Below, in pieces: positions 30,491-45,940 of a stretch of DNA of 64,000 nt. The DNA is from Eledone cirrhosa (taxonomy: Eukaryota), in contig OZ024743.1 of assembly GCA_964016885.1 (NCBI GenBank), forward strand, positions 364,932,001-364,996,000. Direction: 5' to 3'. Within the stretch, counting starts at the first letter, position 1. Each line of letters begins with the position of its first letter. Under the pieces are notes generated by a model. That model had not been told where the DNA came from. It saw only the letters and a program-made list of their open reading frames with translations, and did not search any database. Position numbers and translations under genes: made by a program.

Positions 30491-32482
30491 CTAGCAGAAA
30501 ACCACCCACCGGGTGGTTTTCTGCTAGTATATATATATATTACACACACAGAAATGTATATATATTTCTGTGTGTATATATATATATTTCTGTGTGTGTA
30601 TATATATATATATATTACACACACACAGAAATGTATATATGTTTCTGTAGCACTCCCCAATTCCCCCCTCTCTCCCTCCCACTATCCCCCTCTTGTAGTC
30701 TGTCTCTTTCTTTCACTCTCACTCTCTATCTACCCGTGCGCAAAAAACATTCGCACGCGCGCACGTGTTTTAGCGTCTATTCACTCTCTCTCTCCCTTCC
30801 GCTATCCCCCTCTCGTAGTCTTCTTTTTTTTTCACTCTCACTCTCTCTCTACGCGTGCGCAAAAAACATTCGCACGCGCGCACGTGTTTCCACTGTCGGA
30901 GAGACAGACAGAGAAATTGCTCGTTATATATTATAAGGAGATTACATATACATATGTAACTATGTATATCATCATCATCATCCCCATTATATATATATAT
31001 ATCATATGGGCCGAAGCCGAAAAAAATTTTGTTTGGCAGCTCTAATTGCGCCTTAATTTTATTCAAAAAATTGTATACTAACATATTCGAATACCAGGCA
31101 CTATTGGAATCAACAATAGCAGCGTCCTGAGGGTCATTACAAAACACAAATTCGCGAGAATTAGTGTTTAAGGTTTGGAAGGTGGTAAAAAAAATCCACA
31201 AAATCTTCCATTCTTTTAAAAAAAAAATTTATTTTTAATAATATTTAAATAACTGGTGGTTAGAAAAAAATATTCCTATGAAATTTTAATCATACCATTA
31301 GGTGTGAATAAGGAAATATTTTTTTATTGTCAAAACAAATGTTCAAAAGTTAAACTTCAATATTTTGAATTATTTCCAATTTTTACATGAAATTGAACAC
31401 TGGACATTGGCTGCTGGAAATGGAAATTAAATCGTATTTAATTGTATTTAAATTTCTAACCTTATTTTATTATTTATATTTTTTCAATGAGAAGTAAAAA
31501 AAAACAACAAAAATTGAAGAAAAAAATTGAACAAATCAAACGTAGGTTATGGAACTGCGCAATCTGATTAATAAATTACCTCATCAGCAGCAACCTTCTT
31601 CAAATGGTCCTTATTATCAGCAGCAACAACCACAAATTCAATGGCAACCTTCTTCGCATGGTGTCAAGTCAGAACCGCCTCGAACTGGTTACTTCTGGCT
31701 TGTGCAAGGTGTCTCTATAGCAACCAGCGATTCCCTCGGCCTCAGTGACCAAAGTCAGTGGAGAGGGGAAGGTAATGTTTCTGTAGCACGTGTTTTAGCG
31801 TCTATTCACTCTCTCCCTCCCCCTCCCGCTATCCCCCTCTCGTAGTATGTCTCTTTCTTTCACTCTCACTCTCTCTCTACGCACGTGTTTCCACTGTCGT
31901 ACAGACAGACAGAGAAATTGCTGGTTATATATATAAGTAGACTAGCAGAAAACCACCCGGTGGGCGGTTTTCTGCTAGCAAATCTAGTGTATATACTGAT
32001 ATTGTTGAGATTTGGATGAGAAATGTTTTCGGCACCACATGTTCACCGTCTCTCGGTGTGTCTTTTATGCATGTATAAATATATATGTTATCTATACGGC
32101 GAAATCTTTGAAATAAATATATGTTAAAACGAAAAAGGAGAAAAAGAGATTAGTGACGGAAATATAAACGTTATGATACATAAACGTTATGATATAACGA
32201 TGGAAATATATCTTCAAATGGTCCTTGGCATGGTGTCAAGTCAGAACCGCCTCGAAATGGTTACTTCTGGCTTGTGCAAGGTGTCTCTATAGCAACCAGC
32301 GATTCCCTCGGTATCAGTGACCAAAGTCAGTGGAGAGGGGAAGGTAATGTTTCTATAGCGACAGTGTTTCTCTTGGTAGTACCAAAGTGGAGAAAGGAAG
32401 GGGAAGGTAATATTTCTGTAGCACCTACATTTGAGTTTTAGGGAAGGACAGACGGACAGACAGACAAACAGAGAAATGCCCA

Positions 32483-32490
32483 TATATTTC

Positions 32491-32547
<57 letters not shown>

Positions 32548-32573
32548 CACACACAGAAATGTATATATATTTC

Positions 32574-32604
<31 letters not shown>

Positions 32605-32901
32605 TACACACAGAAATGTATATATATATTTCTGTGTGTATATATATATAATACACACAGAAATGTATATATATTTCTGTGTGTATATATATATATTTCT
32701 GTGTGTGTATATATATATATATATTACACACACAGAAATGTATATATATTTCTGTGTGTATATATATATATATATTACACACACAGAAATGTATATATAT
32801 TTCTGTGTGTATATATATATATTACACACACAGAAATGTATATATATTTCTGTGTGTGTATATATATATATATTACACACACAGAAATGTATATATATTT
32901 C
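32483..32901. repeat. Minisatellite of palindromic units ACACACAGAAAT-GTATATAT-ATTTCTGTGTGT separated by (TA)n (also 30530-30648)
   Basis: About 7 hairpin units read directly. Confidence 0.85.
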
Positions 32902-33019
32902 TTAGAACAAAATTATTATTAATGTTTTGCTGTTCATAACAATTGGAATTGAAAAATTACTTTTGAAATTATTAGTTATTTTACTAATGCTTAGATATGT
33001 AAAAATGAAGCAATGTTTC

Positions 33020-33213
33020 TAATAATTGTTTCTACTTTTGGCACAAGGCCAGCAATTACCCAGTACATTACTGGTACTTTATTTTATCGACCCCGTGAGG
33101 ATGAAAGGCAAAGTTAACCTCGGCGGTATTTGAACTCAGACCGTAAAGGGACGTAACTCCATGCTATGAAGCATGGTGTCCGACTCTCTACAGATTCTGC
33201 CAATCCACCGCCC
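33020..33213 (-). mobile_element. tRNA-derived SINE, same family
   Basis: Matches the unit at 25341-26135. Confidence 0.85.
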
Positions 33214-33846
33214 TAATGTCTGTACGTAATGAGGGAGTGAGAGGGGAGAGAAAGAAAGGCAGAGGTGAAGTGACGAAGTGACTCTCTCCTCCTCCATCTC
33301 CTCATTCGTCACAGCGATAGAGGGGAGGAATGTTAGTGTGTTACAAAGAGAAAGAGTGAGAGTGAGAGAAACAGACTGACTAAAAGAGAGGGATAGCTGG
33401 AGAGAGAGAGAGAGAGAGATAGCAACCACGCGCGCACGTGTTTCCACTGTCGGACAGACAGACAGAGAAATTGCTGGTTATATATTATAAGGAGATAATA
33501 GACACATTGAATAGATGGAAGAAAAAAGTATCGTCAATTTGTACGTGAAATACTTTTGTCCGCGGGGCGCAACACTCCTGCCTCCTTGCCCTAGACCCAA
33601 AGCCCAATCCCCTCCCCCTCACCCCTCTCTTTTGCGACACCAGAGCTTTTGCCCCCCCCCTTTCCTGTTCTTTTTCTTCTTCCTTTCTCTCTTTTTTTTC
33701 TATGTTTCCCTATCTTTTCTTTCCTTTTGTCCCCCCCCCTTTTTTTTCTTACTTAACTTACTTTTTTTTCGTTCTTATACATTTATGAGGAAAGGTTTTT
33801 AGGCAAATAAAAACATTTTAGTCATATATAAATAAATAATAAAAAA

Positions 33847-34655
33847 GTGAGGAATTGGGAATGGACTAGGAAAAGTGACTTAAAAGTAGAAAATGAGACC
33901 CTTATTTTTACAGCCCAGGCACTGATAACGAACTATATCAGGTTCAATATTGACAAGTCAGAGAGATCCCCACTTTGTAGGCTGTGTGGTGAGAAAGGTG
34001 AGACAATAAACCACATTATTAGTGAATGTAAGATACTTGCTCAGAAAGAGTACAAAAGAAGGCACGCCAACATTGCCATATTGGTTCATTGGAAGTTCTG
34101 TCATAAGTTTGACATGAGCAGAATTGAGAAATAGTTTGAACACCAACCGGAAAGGGTGGCTGAAAACGAACAGTATAAGATCTTGTGGGACATGACTATC
34201 TAGTGTGACCATTTTATTGTGGCTAGAAAGCCTGACATTGTTGTAGAAAAGAAGAATAACAAGGCATGTATTGTGGATATTGCTTCTCTGTGGGACCACA
34301 GGGTGAATGAGAAGGAAATTGAGAAAGTTGAAAAATACCAGGAGCTGAAGAGAGAAATCAGGAAACTATGGAGAATCAGACACGTAGAAGTAGAACGGAT
34401 TGTAGTTGGTGCACTGGGAGCAGTTAGTAGGTTGGATATATAGCTTGATAAGCTAAGAATTACCATCAGGACACGATTGTTGCAGAAAGCAGCCTTGCTA
34501 AGAACAGCAAGAATTCTAAGAAAGGTGTTGGAAGAGTTGAAGGAGAAGGAATGACTCAAAAGACCTTTTGCCATTGGCTATAGCTCGCTCTTTTGGTAGT
34601 GTCGATATAACATCTGCCAGAACAAAAGCGTTACGAATAATAATAATAATAATAG
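33847..34655 (+). mobile_element. 3' fragment of an R4/Dong-like LINE with a (TAA)n tail
   Basis: CRLCGEKGETINHIISEC, YKRRH, ARKPDIV, EKYQEL, IVVGALG. Confidence 0.85.
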
Positions 34656-34840
34656 TAATAATTGTTTCTACTTTTGGCACAAGGCCAGCAATTACCCAGT
34701 GTATTACTGGTACTTTATTTTATCGACCCCGTAAGGATGAAAGGCAAAATTAACCTTGGTGGGATTTGAACTCAGAATGGCAAGGGCATGCGTCAAAGCA
34801 TGGCGTCCGACCCTCTACCGATACTGCCAATACCCGCCTT
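34656..34840 (-). mobile_element. tRNA-derived SINE, same family
   Basis: Matches the family with a small internal deletion; tail abuts the Dong-like (TAA)n tail. Confidence 0.82.
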
Positions 34841-34869
34841 TAATAACAATAAAAATAATAATAATAATG

Positions 34870-37800
34870 TTGTTAAGAAAAAGTTACTAACTGACATAGA
34901 AATTTATCAGATCAAGCAATTAGCACAAAGTCAGCGAAGGGAAAATGAAACATGTGTCAATGAAACCGAGGTAAATTGTAACACTTCGAATCCCAGGGTT
35001 GGGGCGGAATCACTGACAGCAGAACAAATTAAAGAAAGGCTCGAAAAAGTGGAGGGAGTGCATGCTCAAGATGAAACTCAAAATGAAAACAATGAGATCG
35101 TAAATGATAAAGAAATGAATGAGAACTTGCCAACTTGAAGAATGAAATTATCATCGAATGGATGAAAATTAAAGAATCTGACATGGGGGAACGAGACACT
35201 CTCCCTAAGATCCAGAACTCCAAACAGAACCAAAAGATAATACACAAGACTAACATAATTCTCAAAAACATTATCATCACAAACAAACTAAACATTACTG
35301 ATCTAAATCATCTCTATTATGCATCGGTTAAAGTCACAACTCACTTATGTGGAGTGAAAATGAAAAAACAAAGGAATTCCCACAAGAAACCTACTTGGCA
35401 AGAAAACATCAATCGCCAAATAAACCTTCTCCGATCTGACATAGAAATTTTAACAAACTACAAAGTAAGTGAACATGTTAAACAAACTAAACTTAGAAAA
35501 TTGAAAAGAAAATACAGTGTAAAATCAACAAGTGACATAGACATACTGATAGAAATAATCAAGCAAAAAGTATCGGCCAAAGCTGCTCGTATAAGGCGCT
35601 TTGAAAAACGATCTAGGACAATAAAGGACAATAATATGTTCAAAGGACAATAAAGGACAATAATATGTTCAAAAACAACCAAAGAAACTTCTACAGAAAA
35701 ATTGGCAAGTCAACAATAACTGCTAAATCAATACCACCCAAGGAGGAAGTGCAAGAATTCTGGGAAAAGATCTGGGCCGAAAAAAAAGTTCATAATATAC
35801 ATGCCCCATGGATAGACAGACAAATGAAAGATACAGCTCACCTTGAGGAACAAACATGGGAAAATATAACAGTTGAACAGTTGCGTTTGGCTCTTAGAAA
35901 AACCAGCAAATGGAATTCCCCAGGAAAAGACAAAATACCAAATTTTTGGATAAATGCCTTCACAGAGTCTCATGAGCTGTTAGCCCAACTTTACAATGAA
36001 ATGGTTAAGGAGCCAGAAAAGATACCATCATGGCTAGTTAACGGCATTACATTCCTACTTCCGAAGAATGATGAGACAAACAATCCCCACAATTACAGAT
36101 CGATAACTTACTTGACCACAATGTATAAGATTTTAACATCAGTCCTAACTGAATATACATATGATCACCTGATAACAAATGATCTATTTCCCAATGAGCA
36201 GAAAGGGTGTAAACGAGGCTCATATGGCTGTAAAGATCAGCTTTTGGTTAACAAAATGATACTGGAAGATTGTCATAATAGACACAAAAATCAATCAATT
36301 GCTTGGATAGATTACAAAAAAGCATTCGATAGTTTGCCACACAGTTGGATTGAAAAATGTTTAGAGATTTTCAAAATATCTCCCGTTGTCAGGAGGTTCC
36401 TGTCATTCAGTATGAAGACATGGAAAACGACATTCCTTTTGAATAGTGAAAAAAAATCACCTGAAGCTGGAGAAGTTAATATTAATTGTGGAATTTTTCA
36501 GGGTGACTCTTTATCACCGCTTTTATTCTGCATCGCACTTATACCATTAAGTAAAATGCTCAATGAAACAAAAATGGATATAAAGTCTATGACAAAACCA
36601 TTAATCTACATGGATGACCTGAAACTATTTGCAAAAAATGATGAACAATTGCAAGGGCTATTATCCACTGTGAAGCAGTTCAGTGATGACATTAAAATGG
36701 AGTTTGGACTAGATAAATGCGCCAAGCAACATTCACCAGAGGAAAGCTGCTGAAAAGTTCAGACATTAATCTTGATCGGGGGAATGTGATTAGAGAACTT
36801 GATCAAGAGGAAACTTACAAATATCTAGGTGTTTGTGAAGGAGACGGAATCAAGCACTCGACAGTGAGGGAAAGGATAAGGAAGGAATGTTACCGCAGAG
36901 TAAGAGCAATCTTAAGAATGGAATTGAATGCAAGGAATAGGATCGATGCCATAAACACGCTTGCCATACCAGTAGTAACCTACAGTTACAATGTCATCAA
37001 CTGGTCAAGCACAGAGATCCGTAGGCTCGATACAAAAATTAGAAAATTCTTAACCATTCACAGAATGCATCACCCTAAGGCAGATACAGATAGAATATAT
37101 CTCCCTAGGAAAGAAGGAGGACGTGGGTTAATCCAGTTAGATATTGCGTTGAAAACTGCAACAATTGGATTATCTACATATCTAAGGGAATCACATGATT
37201 GGATGATCAAACTCATTTTGAAACACGAAAGCATCAAAAGATCATACTCCATTACAAAAGATGCACAAAGATACAGTAATGGACTACACATTTCAGAAGG
37301 TCTATTTACTGCTGAAATGAAAAACACAGAAAAAGCAAAACAGGTAAAAGTAACTGCAAAGAAAGAACTGCTACAGAAACTGGCTAAGAAACGGCAAGAA
37401 AAGCCTCTGTATGGAAAATACCCAGAAAGAGCTAACAATCCTGATGTTGACAAAACTTTAACCCATCAGTGGTTGGCATTCTTTGGACTGAAATCGGAAA
37501 CTTAAGGACTAATTATATCAGCACAAGATCAGTGTCTGCCAACAAAAAAAAACCAAGCCAACATAATAAAAAATGGATGCAACCTATTATGCTGTGTATG
37601 TAAAAAAACAACCAGAGAACATTGATCATATAATTTCAATGTGCAGTCCTATAGCTCCAACCGAATACCTAAACAGGCACGACAGAGCTGGACAATACAT
37701 ACATTCGATAATGTGTAAGCATTTTGACCTGCCCCATCAAAAGAATTGGTGGGAGCATCAACCACCTCCCGTACTTGAAAAAGATCACATCTCAATCTTG

Positions 37801-38310
37801 TGGAACTTTAGCATCCTAACAGACCAAAAAATAGATGCAAATAGACTTGATGTAATATTGAAGGACTTTCAAAGGAGGGTGTGCCTGCTAATTGATATGT
37901 CTGTTCCAATAGACAAGAATGTATTTATAAAAACATTTGAAAAATTGAGCAAGTATAAGGACCTGGAGATAGAAATTAGAAAATGTGGAAATTGAGAACT
38001 AAAACAATACCAGTAGTTGTAGGCGCTCTAGGAATGATACCCAAGGTGTCTAATGATTACTTATCGCAAATCCCAGGAAACCCGCGTATAGGAGAAATAC
38101 AAAAGATAGTACTAATGGGAACTGCCCATACACTAAGGAAGATTCTGTCAATATAAGTACATCACCTAAAGATGCATGTGTGAGTATGTATGTTCTTTCT
38201 TGAACATGGCGGACTTTGTTGTCTCTTCAGGTCACTGGTTGTGACTTGGTGATAACTCGTATGAACATAAAGCAAGATAAATGCAACTGTAATAATAATA
38301 ATAATAATAA
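34870..38310 (+). mobile_element. R4/Dong-like non-LTR retrotransposon (RT plus restriction-like endonuclease), frameshifted, between (TAA)n tracts
   Basis: SPGKDKI, EQKGCK, WIDYKKAFDS, GIFQGDSLSPL, YMDDLKL, YKYLG, RKEGGRGL, RHD and (P)DV..D..VP motifs; TAA repeats at 34850-34868 and 38290-38310. Confidence 0.88.
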
Positions 38311-38506
38311 TGGTTTCTGATTTAGGCACATGGCCAGCAATTTTGGGGGGAGGGGAAAGTCGACTAAATCGACCCCGGTGCATTACTGGTACTTTATTTT
38401 ATCGACCCCGCAAGCATGAAAGGCAAAGCTAACTCAGGACGTAACGGGACGTAACTCTATGCTGCGAATCATGTTGTCCGATGCTCTACCTATACTGCCA
38501 ATCCAT
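38305..38506 (-). mobile_element. tRNA-derived SINE, longer subfamily
   Basis: Family match plus about 30 extra nt (TTTTGGGGGGAGGGGAAAGTCGACTAAATCG). Confidence 0.8.
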
Positions 38507-38539
38507 AATAATAAAGATGATAATTATTATTATTGTAAT

Positions 38540-39075
38540 ACAGAAAGGGAAGAATGCCGGATTAGTGCCTTTTATGGCAATGTACCGGACTAAATTCTTT
38601 TCGCGGTAGACGCAGGACTAAATGACTTTCAGAACTTTACTTACTAAGGTCGGGCAGATCCCTGGTGAGTATGGTATCCCAGATCATCAAGGTATGTGAT
38701 ATAAGGTGAACCACATTTTTTCACTCCGTACTTGGATCCTATAGAACTAATTTTGAATCTCCCTCTACAGGATGTCGTGCAGAACGTCCGGATAGAAGGA
38801 GTCAGAGTTCTCCAATCTTGTCACCTTTGGGGGGTTTCCATACAAGAATTCGTTTGCACATGCTGCTGCCACTTCACAACACGAGTCATGCAGCAACTAT
38901 CAAGAGTCTTTCTGTTCGTTTCGTCAAAGTCCAGGCAGTACAAGAGCCTCGTGGCTAGGAAGAAATTTATCTTCGTTTCTCTTGGCAGACTTGACTTCCA
39001 GATTTGAAAACACGCTGTCCAAAACTGAAGCAGGTGATGGTGTTGAACAGGGTAACACATTAACCCCAAAAGAAC
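38540..39075 (-). mobile_element. Degenerate RTE-like LINE 3' fragment
   Basis: KINFF...LLY...KTLDSC...KWQQHVQTN resembles the RTE C-terminus. Confidence 0.55.
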
Positions 39076-40419
39076 AATTCCTTACATCATCGATTGTTTA
39101 ATAGAATTAGTATTTTTAACTGCGAGTAGATAATCACTCAATCAATAATGGTATTCAGACATTGGCACACTACCAGAAATAATCTTTTTCATATTAGTTC
39201 CATATGCGACACACTTTTAGTCTAATTTTGACTTCAATATATTAATATATTTGTGATACAGTTATTACTAAGCAGACAATTGTATTTATAAAACCTTTTT
39301 GTCTCTCCTTTTATACTGGAGCTTTTCAACTACTGAAGCTTTTGTTCGTTGTTTTGATCCGGTCTATTTCATCACATCAATTTACGGTCATTTCATTTCC
39401 TTTTTGTTGTTTAATTCGACCTCAATTATTTATTTTATTCACAAATACACACACTCTTCGCACACAGACACATGTATATATATGTGTGTGTATTGTAATA
39501 TCTAAAGGGCAGACAGTATTCAAGCTAATAACAAAATCTAGAAAGTGTCTGTATAAGGTACTTTGTTAAACTGCTATATATGTTTCCAAACCGTACCCTG
39601 TTACGGCTTATCACTAGGCTTCTCAATAGAATGATAAACAAATACCTCTAAAAAGAAAATGCGAGAAATTGCGTTAGGAAACGAGATACAAATGGAAAAG
39701 AGTAAAACTAAGAAAAGAGGTGTAAATCCGTGGTCTCTTCCCGTGATGGTGTCAGATGCAAACCTTACTTTTTAACGCATTTCTCGTAACTTCTCGTAAA
39801 GCGCCATATTTGTTTAGTCATCACACAGCCGGACGAATGGCCATAGCGATGTACGATTGTGAAATATTTAGAGCAATTTATCCAAGTACTATATAAAGAC
39901 AAGCACACACACACACACACACACACAATACACACACAATACACACACACAATACACATACACAATACACACAATACACACAATACACACACACAATACA
40001 GACACACACACACACATACACATGCACACATACACACATGTACACACACACACACTCACATATGCACGCATGCACGCGCACACACACATGGGCGCACATG
40101 CATGAACACGCACACACACACACACACACACTTGTGCATACACGCACGCACACTAGGTATGGGAACTTAACAACTGGAAAAAAATTCGTAACTGAAGATT
40201 GTAATCTGAGAAAAGAGAAAACATCTGAAAGAGAAACAATTTTACTTTTTTTGCGTAATTCTCATTTAGACCCAAATGTTAAATATCGAATTTTAATGTA
40301 CCTCAAATGTCGGATCCCGATTCAACCAGCTTGAAATTGAAAAGACACAGGCAAAGCAATAGGCTGCTAAACTTGGAGTTTGTATTTTTAGGCATGATAA
40401 TAAGATAGCGTTTCTTCCC

Positions 40420-40880
40420 CGAAACTCGGAATATCGTTGTCTGGCTCAGGACATCTCTCGTTCTTTAACATCCCAATTGTGAATAGGTGGCAGTAGCTAC
40501 CACGTTGTATATTCTTGATTTTGCGATAATAAACAATTTTATAGGAGGATTACTATCTCGTCTGTTGTTTATAAGCCAAATGTATTTTGAAAGTAAAGTA
40601 GCGTTGCTGTCACTCGTGGCTCTAAAATGAATGGGTGGGCTATGTGTATCTATGATAGTTTTAAAAGTGTTCTCGTTTAACCTGATATACGTTATTAACA
40701 TACTATTTATTAAGTCTATGCCTGCTCTGTATACTATTTCTTACGGGAGGCATTTTCTCTGTAGACGGTAATTAGTTGTTTCTACAATTACATTCAGGCT
40801 GGAATTTTGGTCGTAGCTTGAGATCATACAATTGTAGCTGGTCTTAAAGGAATTTTTATTGACGATATAGTGATAGATAT
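40420..40880 (-). mobile_element. Degenerate Penelope-like (Naiad-type) GIY-YIG fragment
   Basis: CNCR... followed by TYIRLNENTFK and ATLLSKYIW, resembling the YIG.TE..FK.R / LSK.IW motifs. Confidence 0.6.
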
Positions 40881-40935
40881 GAGAAGTACCTATTAGAATC
40901 AACTTACATACATACACTTACACTCACACACACAC

Positions 40936-40989
<54 letters not shown>

Positions 40990-41112
40990 ATCTGGATATA
41001 TATAATGAATACATACACGCCATGAATACACACGGGTATCCATACATACAAACCCACTTACACACCACACACATATCCCAAAACAAAAAGGGAAAAAACG
41101 AAGGGAGCGAAT

Positions 41113-41199
<87 letters not shown>

Positions 41200-41564
41200 G
41201 GCTAGTAATCTATATAGACACATCAAACCATAGAGATAGACTCTACAGTGTCGTTCGACAGGTCAGAAATAGCAGCCAAATTCCAAAACTGTACACAACC
41301 ATTGTCTTGAAAATGGACAGAAACATACTAAAAATAAAAAAAAAAACGCACAAAAAAAAAACGACGAGATGGTCAGTACTGGAATGCCTTTGATTATAAG
41401 TATGTTCAATGGTGACCGACCCGCAGCTAATCACGAACAAAAACAACAACAAGAAGGATAAATATTAACAGATGTTCACAATATATTAGCTTATTAGTTA
41501 CATTCTAAGTTTTCAACATCCACAACAGATCGCTTCTCCACTGTAGAATTTAATCAGTCCAGCT

Positions 41565-41686
41565 GATACTATTAAAGCGATACTATTAAAGCGATACTAT
41601 TAAAGCGATACTATTAAAGCGATACTATTAAAGCGATACTATTAAAGCGATACTATTAAAGCGATACTATTAAAGCGATACTATTA
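41565..41686. repeat. Perfect 14-bp minisatellite (GATACTATTAAAGC), about 8.7 copies
   Basis: Read directly. Confidence 0.95.
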
Positions 41687-41783
41687 TTTCCTATGTCGTC
41701 AAGAGATACGCCTATTTCTTCTAGGGCAAAAGAATATCTTGATTTCCACAATGTTTTTATTACTTATTCGTTTGTTCGGTGGT

Positions 41784-43885
<2,102 letters not shown>

Positions 43886-44053
43886 GTAGCTGAGCTACGT
43901 GCCTGTGTTTTGTATGTTCATGTATTTCTCTCCTTGCTTTGCTCAACAATCACTACAGATGATTCTGGTGATACATATAGGGATCGACGATAGTTGGATC
44001 AAGATTCAATGTTTTTGCAGTCTTACGTTTTATCTATCGATATAGCTATAGCA

Positions 44054-44119
<66 letters not shown>

Positions 44120-44136
44120 ATATCTATCTATCTATC

Positions 44137-44730
44137 TGGAACTACGCAGAACAACTGCTGTCGCGTGTGGGACAAACCCCGTTGACCACCGAGTCCATTG
44201 TCATGATCAAACCGCCACCCTCCTTCAAAAACGAAGGAGAGGCGGTTTTCCTTTGTGTGATAGCTATGGCGAAAGAGGTTGTATGGTGGACAAGGTTGAA
44301 AGGGCTGAGGTCAGACACCTTTCTCTCCGGCCAACAACTGATTCTTTTTTTCAAATACCACTTTGGAAGAAGAATCAGGATGGAGAGAGAGGTGCTGTAC
44401 CCCAGCAAGTTTTATGAAAGGTGGGTGAAAGTGGCGAGAATGGCCCGAGTGAATGGGCCTTCTCTCTATATCAGCCTGTAGGTTGAGGAAAAGGAGGAGG
44501 AGAGGAAAGGAGTACAAGCTCTTCGTACTCCTGGAGATGAGGGTTGCACATTTTTTTCGGGGGTCTGTGTTACCCATATAAACTGTCTCCCTCTATTGGG
44601 GAAAATCGACTAACTTTTAAATTCCATCTGTGATAACATTTTACACGTTTTTATTGTATGTAAACTTCCCCCTTTGTATTTGTCCCCTTCTTTTGTGCCC
44701 CTGTGGCTAATAAAGAAATATATCTATCTA
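44137..44730 (+). mobile_element. 5'-truncated Tx1 copy with a chimeric first 40 bp
   Basis: About 44181-44730 matches the young element 3' end; 44137-44176 is identical to the start of the old copy at 51616-51655; preceded by (TATC)n 44054-44136. Confidence 0.9.
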
Positions 44731-45720
44731 CTGGCACATCGAATGTGCTCAGGCGCTCACAGCCCTCTGGCAGGCGGACCCGGCGATCAGTGGAGACTCC
44801 ACTTCGTCATTCTATAGAGGGTTGGTCCGCAGCAAGTGCGACGACGCGCTCGGTGAAACTCTAGGCGTGGAGGAAGATGAACTGGCCAGTCTGTTCGGTA
44901 GGACCTTCCGCCCGGGACCGATGGACAACTTCCAAAAGTCCCTGGCCTGGCAGTGCTACCGAGGAGCTCTACCAGTTCGAGACAAGCTCTACAGACATGG
45001 GCGCCCGGGCAGGGACCCTGCAAAAAAGATCTGTCCGAGGTGCGTGCGAGACGAAGAAACCGTCGCGCACGCATTCATACACTGCCCGGGCGTCACTGAC
45101 CTGTGGGGCTATGTGGAACGACTATTGTCGCGGGTGGGACCAATCCAGTTGACCACCGAGTCCATTGTCATGATCAAACCGCCACCCTCCTTCAAAAACG
45201 AAGGAGAGGCGGTTTTCCTTTGTGTGATAGCTATGGCGAAAGAGGTTGTATGGTGGACAAGGTTGAAAGGGCTGAGGTCAGACACCTTTCTCTCCGGCCA
45301 ACAACTGATTCTTTTTTTCAAATACCACTTTGGAAGAAGAATCAGGATGGAGAGAGAGGTGCTGTACCCCAGCAAGTTTTATGAAAGGTGGGTGAAAGTG
45401 GCGAGAATGGCCCGAGTGAATGGGCCTTCTCTCTATATCAGCCTGTAGGTTGAGGAAAAGGAGGAGGAGAGAAAAGGAGTACAAGCTCTTCGTACTCCTG
45501 GAGATGAGGGTTGCACATTTTTTTCGGGGGTCTGTGTTACCCATATAAACTGTCTCCCTCTATTGGGGAAAATCGACTAACTTTTAAATTCCATCTGTGA
45601 TAACATTTTACACGTTTTTATTGTATGTAAACTTCCCCCTTTGTATTTGTCCCCTTCTTTTGTGCCCCTGTGGCTAATAAAGAAATATATCTATCTATCT
45701 ATCTATCTATCTCTCTCTCT
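44731..45720 (+). mobile_element. 5'-truncated copy of the same Tx1 element (equivalent to 50611-51580)
   Basis: Near-identical to the 3' kb of the full-length element; begins directly after the TATC tail of the previous copy. Confidence 0.93.
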
Positions 45721-45940
45721 ATCAGTCGTGTGTCACTTCGCGGAGAAGTTTCCGTTAATTTATGTAAGGAAAAAACGTGAGTTTTTAGTTCAATTTTATA
45801 TCATTGTGTAACTTGACCACCCGTCTGGACCTTCAGGTGGTGGGTCAACTCATTTTCGCCCCTTCAGGGGCGGAATATCCATTTAAAAAATTTTTCTCCA
45901 TCGAATCTTGGAAAAAATATTGTAAAATTTTGATTACGTT

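Larger units (their letters stand above)
30491..33495 (-). mobile_element. Cluster of tandem or nested non-autonomous Helitrons, second family
   Basis: 5' TC ends at 30941, 31941 and 33495 sharing GACAGAGAAATTGCT(C/G)GTTATATAT; CTAG 3' ends at 30491 and 31942 fused directly to the neighbouring TC. Confidence 0.68.

Noticed and set aside
40187-40245. Hammerhead-like GUAA-CUGAAGA...GAAAC-AAUU-UUAC
   Set aside because: No convincing helix II and a defective helix III; too degenerate to call
44137-45720. LTRs flanking the full-length element
   Set aside because: The repeats are 5'-truncated ORF2 plus 3'UTR copies of different lengths with their own tails; no TG..CA ends, primer-binding site or integrase
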